Shown: one piece after another, positions 57,901-64,000 of the stretch
How positions within the stretch are numbered: the stretch's first letter is position 1
How the letters are laid out: every line of letters begins with the position of its first letter
Source of the DNA: Rebecca billardiae RCC1528
Taxonomy: Eukaryota > Protista > Haptophyta
Assembly: GCA_965240325.2 (NCBI GenBank)
Contig: OZ251235.1
Coordinates: 1,550,001-1,614,000 of the forward strand
Direction of reading: 5' to 3'
DNA: 64,000 nt
Notes under the pieces: generated by a model
Database searches by the model: none
What the model was told of the DNA's origin: nothing
The model's input: only the letters and a program-made list of their open reading frames with translations
Made by a program: the position numbers and the translations under genes

Positions 57901-60900
57901 GTAGTTGCGCGCGAGCGAGTCGAGGCAGCCGATGATGTCGTACTCGCAGCTGCCGTCGTCCACGTTGGCGCGCGGGTCCGTGTTCGTGGCGTTGGCCGCG
58001 GTGCAGCCGAGGAACTGGCAGCTGCCGTCGTCGACGGTCGCCGTCGCGTCGAAGTTGTCCGCCTCGAAGTCGGTGCAGCCCGGCACGGGGCACGCCTCCG
58101 CGCCGTAGGTGATCTGGAGCTCGTTGTTGGTGCAGGTCACATCCTGCAGCGCTCGGCCGCGCGGCGCGTTGAGCGCGCGCCGGCCGCGCCGAAGGTCGAA
58201 CGCGCCGGGGCCCTGCCACGTGTCGATGGCGAACTCGTTGGCGGCGACCAGCTCGTTCGTGACACGCAGCATGTCGATCACGTTGGGCCCGTTGGCGGCG
58301 GTGAGGCCCGATGCGTCGCGCACCTCGACGATGAGGTCGTACACGTGCGTCGTGTTCGAGAGCACCGAGACCACCTTCTCCTGCTGCGCCGGGTTGTCCA
58401 CGCACACGTCCGCGATGGTGCGCAGCACGGCGTCCTCGACGACCGCGCGGCTCGTGTACGGCCCCAGCAGCTGCACCATCCGGCCGAGCCACTCGCCGAT
58501 CACGATGGACGCGCGCACGACCTGGATCGACAGTTGGTCGCCGCTGATGTACTGGGTGAGCGGCTTGTACGTCGAGACGTCGACGAGCTGCGAGTAGTCG
58601 AAGCACGGCCACAGCAGCAGCTGCGCCGCGTCCTCCGTGAGGCTGTACGGGACGTCGAGCATCCGCATGTACAGCGTCGTCAGCGGCGAGACCACCTTGC
58701 CCGTGATAGGCCCGGTGAGCTTGAAGGTGAGCGAACTGCCGCTGATGGAGTCGCGGCACTGCGAGGACGCGTCCACGACCAGCATCGCGTCGCGGTCGGT
58801 GTACAGCAGGTCGTACGCGCCGTTGAGCGCGCTGACCGCCTGGCCGACGCGCGTGCCGTCGGGGCGCACCGCCTCGACCAGGCAGCCGCGCCGCTGCGCG
58901 ACCACCTGCACCACGCCGCGCGCGTACACGAACTGGCAGTCCGACGGGCTCTGGATGCTCGCCTTCGCGTCGTAGTTGATCGCGTTCGTGTTCATGCACC
59001 CCTTGTACAGGCACTTGAGATAGCGCGTCGCGCCCGAGACGTAGTTGGCCGCGCTCGAGTCCTGGCAGCCGTACACCGGCGCGACGCACGTGCCGTCGTC
59101 GATCGTGGCCAGCGGGGCGAAATTGACCGCGTTCACGTCCGTGCAGCCGGCGATGAGGCAGGTGGACAGCTCGAACTCCGTGTTGGCGCGCGAGTTGTAG
59201 TTGGTCGCCGCCGGGTTGGTGCAGCCAAACACCTTCGCCACGCAGCTGCCGTCGTCCACGTTCGCGGTCGGGTCGTAGTTGAGCGAGTTCCTCCCCGTGC
59301 AGCCGGGGTACGCCGCGAGACACCCGCCGCTGTCCACCGTCGCCGCCGAGCGGTAGTTGAGCGCGGTCGAGTCGGTGCAGCCGGTCACGGGGAAGATGCA
59401 GCTGCCGTCGTCCACGGTCGCCGTCGAGTCGTAGTTGAGCGCGCGCGTGGCGAGGCAGCCCAGGTGGCGGTAGATGCACGAGTTGTCCTCCGTGTTCGCG
59501 GCCGCGGTGTAGTTGAGCGCGGTCGAGTCGGTGCAGCCGTCGACGGGGAAGACGCAGCTGTCGTCGTCGACCGTCGCGGAGCAGTCGTAGTTGATGGCGC
59601 GAGTGGCCATGCAGCCGAGCACCGAGTACACGCACGTGGCCTCGATGTTGGCGTCCGAGCGGTAGTTGATCGCGGTCGAGTCGATGCAGCCCGGGACGGG
59701 CAGCGTGCACGAGCCGGGGCGCAGCGTCGTCGCGAGCGAGTTGTAGTTCAGCGCGTTCGGGTTGGTGCAGCCCTCGACGAGCAGGATGCACGTGCTCGGC
59801 ACCGCCTCCGTGTTGGCGCGCGAGTCGTAGTTGGTCGCCTGCGGGTTGGTGCAGCCGACGCGCGGCAGGACGCACGGCGTGGCCGCCGTCTGGATGGTCG
59901 CGTTCGGGTTGAAGTTGAGCGCGAGCGAGTTGCGGCAGCCCTCGACGCGCAGGATGCAGTCGAGCGCGTTGTTCGACCCCTCCGAGTTGTAGTTGAGCGC
60001 GTCCGGGTTGTTGCAGCCGCGGTCGGTCACGAACTGGCACGAGCCGTCGTACACGGTCGCGAGCGAGTTGTAGTTGGTCGCGCCCGTCGAGGTGCAGCCG
60101 AGGATCTGGTACTCGCACTCGGAGCCCTCGACGGCGTCCGAGACGTAGTTGAGCGCGAGCGAGTCCTGGCAGCCGCGCTTCACGAACGTGCAGTTGCCGT
60201 CGTTGGCGGTCGAGTAGGAGACGTAGTTGATGGCGCTCGGCACGTTGCAGCCGAAGATGACGCACTGGCCGTCGTCGACGGTCGCGAGCGGGTCGAAGTT
60301 GATCGCGCGCGAGTCCGTGCAGCCCGGGCGCGGGAACGAGCACGAGCCCGCGAGGAAGCGGTTGGCCGTCGAGTCGTAGTTGGTCGCGCCCGTGGACGTG
60401 CAGCCGGGGTAGAGGCAGCTGCCGTCGTCCTGCGACTTGTCGGAGGCGTAGTTGGCGGCGGTGTTGTCGGTGCAGCCCCTGCAGCTGCTCAGGTCGCAGT
60501 CGGCCGCGGAGTTCATCACCGTCGCCTCCGAGTTGTAGTTGCACGCCGTCGAGATCGTGCAGCCCACCACCTGGTACACGCACGAGCCCTCGTCCGTGTC
60601 CGCCGCCGAGTCGTAGTTGACGGCGGTCGAGTCGGTGCAGCCCAGCTTGTACGGCAGGCAGCCGGCGTAGTCGGTGGCGGTCGAGTCGTAGTCGGCCGCC
60701 CACGAGTCCGTGCAGCCCGGGTGCGAGTACAGGCAGACGATGTCGTCGGGCTGGATGTTGGCGTCCGAGCGGAAGTTGGTGGCGAGCGAGTCGAGGCAGC
60801 CGGGCACGGCGTACACGCAGCACAGGTTGGGGCAGCCGCCGGCGAGCGAGTCGTAGTTGAGGGCGAGGGGGTCGATGCAGCCGACGCGCGGCGGCGGCGA

Positions 60901-61177
60901 GGAGGGCGGCGGCGGGCTGGGAGGCGGCGACGGCGGGGGTGTTGGCGGGGGGCTCGGCGGGCTCGGCGGCGGAGATGGGGGTGGCGAAGGCGGCGCGGCT
61001 GGCGGCGAGGGCGGTGGCTCGCGGGGACGGTCGGATGGCAGTGGCGGGCTGGGCGGCGGGGATGGCGGCGGTGGCGGCGGGCTGGGCGGCGGGCTCGGCG
61101 GTGGCGATGGCGGCGTCGAGGGCGGCGGGCTGGGCGGCGGGCTGGGCGGCGGGCTGGGCGGCGGGCTCGGTGGTGGT

Positions 61178-61208
<31 letters not shown>

Positions 61209-62623
61209 GCGGTGGGGATGGGGGCGGAGACGGCGGCGGGCTCGGCGGCGGGCTCGGCGGCGGGCTCGGCGGCGGGCTCGGCGGCGGGCTCGGCGGCGGC
61301 GGGGGCGGCGGACTGGGCGGCGGGCTCGGCGGAGGCGATGGCGGCGGGCTGGGCGGCGGGCTGGGTGGCGGGCTCGGCGGCGGCGGTGGCGGCGGGCTTG
61401 GCGGTGGCGGGCTCGGCGGTGGCGATGGCGGCGGCGACGGCGGTGGGCCTGGTGGCGGGCTGGGCGGCGGGCTCGGCGGCGGGCTCGGTGGTGGTGGCGG
61501 CGGCGGGCTGGGGGGTGGCGGGCTCGGCGGCGGCGTTGGTGGCGGCGGCGGCGGCGGGCTCGGCGGCGGCGTCGGGGGCGGCGGCGGCGGCGGGCTCGGC
61601 GGCGGCGTCGGGGGCGGCGGCGGCGGCGGGCTCGGCGGCGGCGTCGGGGGCGGCGGCGGCGGCGGGCTCGGCGGCGGCGTCGGGGGCGGCGGCGGCGGCG
61701 GGCTCGGCGGCGGCGTCGGGGGCGGCGGCGGCGGCGGGCTCGGCGGCGGCGTCGGGGGCGGCGGCGGCGGCGGGCTCGGCGGCGGCGTCGGGGGCGGCGG
61801 CGGCGGCGGGCTCGGCGGCGGCGTCGGGGGCGGCGGCGGCGGCGGGCTGGGCGGCGGCGTCGGCGGCGGCGGCGGCGGCGGGCTGGGCGGCGGCGTCGGC
61901 GGCGGCGGCGGCGGCGGGCTCGGCGGCGGTGTGGGCGGCGGCGGCGGCGGAGGGCTTGGCGGCGGCGTCGGCGGCGGCGGCGGCGGAGGGCTCGGCGGCG
62001 GCGTCGGCGGGGGCGGCGGCGGCGGGCTCGGCGGCGGCGTCGGGGGCGGCGGCGGCGGCGGGCTCGGCGGCGGCGCCGGCGGGGGCGGCGGCGGCGGGCT
62101 CGGCGGCGGCGCCGGCGGGGGCGGCGGCGGCGGGCTGGGCGGCGGCGTCGGTGGCGGCGGCGGCGGAGGGCTCGGCGGCGGCGTCGGCGGGGGCGGCGGA
62201 GGTGGGCTCGGCGGCGGCGTCGGGGGCGGCGGCGGCGGCGGGCTCGGCGGCGGCACCGGCGGGGGCGGCGGCGGCGGGCTCGGCGGCGGCGTCGGCGGCG
62301 GCGGCGGCGGCGGGCTGGGCGGCGGCGTCGGCGGCGGCGGCGGCGGCGGGCTGGGCGGCGGCGTCGGCGGCGGCGGCGGCGGCGGGCTCGGCGGCGGTGT
62401 GGGCGGCGGCGGCGGCGGAGGGCTCGGCGGCGGCGTCGGCGGCGGCGGCGGCGGAGGGCTCGGCGGCGGCGTCGGCGGCGGCGGCGGCGGCGGGCTCGGC
62501 GGCGGCGTCGGCGGCGGGGTTGGTGGCGGCGGCGGTGGAGGGCTCGGCGGCGGGTTCGGCGGCGGGGTTGGTGGCGGCGGCGGTGGGGGGCTCGGCGGCG
62601 GGGTTGGCGATGGCGATGGCGAA

Positions 62624-62654
<31 letters not shown>

Positions 62655-63390
62655 GCGAGGGCGAAGGCGAGGGGTCGGGCGTGCTCGGAACGAAGGAGAA
62701 GACCGGAGTGGAGAGCAGGGAGAGCGCGTTGTACTTGAGCTGCGTGGCCGTGCGAAGGGCGTCCCACGCGAGAGCCTCGGTCAGCATGCGCTCTCCGCGC
62801 GCGTCCTCGCCGAGCGGAATCGCCGCGGGCGTGTCGTCGAACTCGAGCAGCGCGAGCGGCGAGGGCGTGTCGAGCGACTCGACCTTGTTGCGGCGAGACG
62901 CCGCCGTCTGGACCTGTGCGTGGCTCGGCGAGTCCGATGAGACGAGGCCTCGCCCGGCGTGACCATCCTCAGCCCTGCAGCGAGCGCACGGACGCAGGCG
63001 CCCGCCGCGCGCGCCGAGTGCCGGCGTGCGGAGCGGTCAGAAGGCGCGCGGAAGCGCAACGAGCGCCGAGCGCAAAGCACATGCTGCTGGCGTGCCGGCG
63101 CGGGCGCGCGGCTGCTTCTCCACGGAATCGCGTCGCCCACATGCCGCCACGCAGATGCCACCCAGCCCGCGCCTGGCCGGCACCCTCAGCTCCGCTCACG
63201 CGCACGCTGCGCGCGACGCACGGGCGGGCAATCCGGCCGCGCGATCGCGCGCGCACCCGACGTCCACGCGGCGTGGGGACGAGGAGTCGGCTGACGACGC
63301 CCGGTTCACCGGGGAACCAGGCCACTCGGGGACGTGAGCGCCAGAGGCGCCAATCGCGGCGCTCAGCGCGGCGAGCGCGAGCCACAGCAT
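54999..63390 (-). CDS. very large type I cell-surface protein: signal peptide, extensin-like Pro-rich tract, two blocks of GCTD..A.NY..A..DDGSC repeats, TM and short tail; introns 62975-63256, 55556-55680, 55326-55465
   Basis: [14 protein letters not shown] at 63390 splices in frame to ORF 54721..62787; TM exon [30 protein letters not shown] (55466-55555); last exon in frame with ORF 54999..55271. Confidence 0.8.
60890..62670 (-). repeat. coding minisatellite (mainly 36-bp unit, [12 protein letters not shown]; also PPPS and PS units)
   Basis: seen directly. Confidence 0.92.
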
Positions 63391-63797
63391 CGAGCCCGCG
63401 GCTCGTGCCAGGGGGGCGAGGCCCGCGGCTAACACTCAACGCACCCACCCGCGTCGCGGGCGGATGGCCCAGGCCCACCCGGAGGCATTATGAGGTCGCT
63501 AAACCGCCTGGACCAATGCTTATTGGGAATCGGGCAAGCTCGGGGCGCGTGGCCTTGGGCGCGCCGGTCCGGGCGCGCGGCGGGCGTACCCCGTTTATAG
63601 CCATCAATCAGCGCTTCCAACAGTGTGGGTATTTGCACTATTTTGGACATTATGGGGTTGTGTGAGCGCTGATGGTGGTGACCATCTTTTGTCGACCCAC
63701 AAAAGTGTCGCCAGTGCGTCTCTCCATTCTCCAATAATCAGAACCGTACCCATAGTTGAATTTTCTGTCACACAGTGTGACGAAAGGACTGTCCCAG

Positions 63798-63901
63798 CTG
63801 TCCGGTTAAGACCCGGACTGCCACTGCCGCGTGCAAGCACTGCGGCCGCAGGGCCCTCGCCCCATGGGAGAGGGGAGGTAGTCCGGGTCTTAACCGGACA
63901 G
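63798..63901. mobile_element. 104-bp MITE with perfect 22-bp TIRs and 9-bp TSD (Mutator-like)
   Basis: CTGTCCGGTTAAGACCCGGACT (63798-63819) / AGTCCGGGTCTTAACCGGACAG (63880-63901); CTGTCCCAG at 63789-63797 and 63902-63910. Confidence 0.78.
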
Positions 63902-64000
63902 CTGTCCCAGCCGTCCCCATATGCTCACCGATAATTATTATGAATCATCACCGCCCCATCAGAAATCCAGAATCCCAGATTATTGAGTGGCAGATTCCCA

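Noticed and set aside
56050-60880. Regularly spaced repeats resembling a CRISPR array
   Set aside because: They are in-frame protein repeats with synonymous variation; no invariant DNA repeat and no cas genes

Overview
This is a very GC-rich, intron-containing eukaryotic scaffold. Composition, (GC)n-rich introns, an ASAFAP plastid-targeting motif and gene content point to a haptophyte-like alga (possibly Pavlovales; inference). There is one 100-N gap (10886-10985). About 14 protein genes can be modelled: an SLC12 cation-chloride cotransporter, a small PH protein, a GH20 hexosaminidase, a Cys-repeat/Pro-rich membrane protein, a sulfotransferase-like + class III CoA-transferase fusion with a divergent GT-like partner, a Munc13-like C2/PH/GRAM protein, a multi-TM TIR-like protein, a SERCA-type Ca2+-ATPase with a bipartite plastid-targeting leader, a truncated double Venus-flytrap receptor, an SGNH + DUF4326 fusion, an IQCE-like coiled-coil protein, a UPF0193/EVG1 protein and a very large Pro-rich/GCTD-repeat surface protein. 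The most distinctive non-genic signal is a family of four related elements (three complete, one inverted and cut by the gap). They have Helitron2/Helentron-type ends: a 5' terminal hairpin, an asymmetric inverted repeat and a 3' GACCGCG-GAA-CGCGGTC hairpin. They sit in TA-rich sites and carry different interiors, including an HTH-psq + ubiquitin-specific-protease-like ORF. Other mobile-type features are a (TA)n tract holding several nested inserts, a 104-bp MITE with a 9-bp TSD, a piggyBac-like TIR pair and a 1.1-kb foldback. Domain calls are from motif recognition only; no database searches were run.
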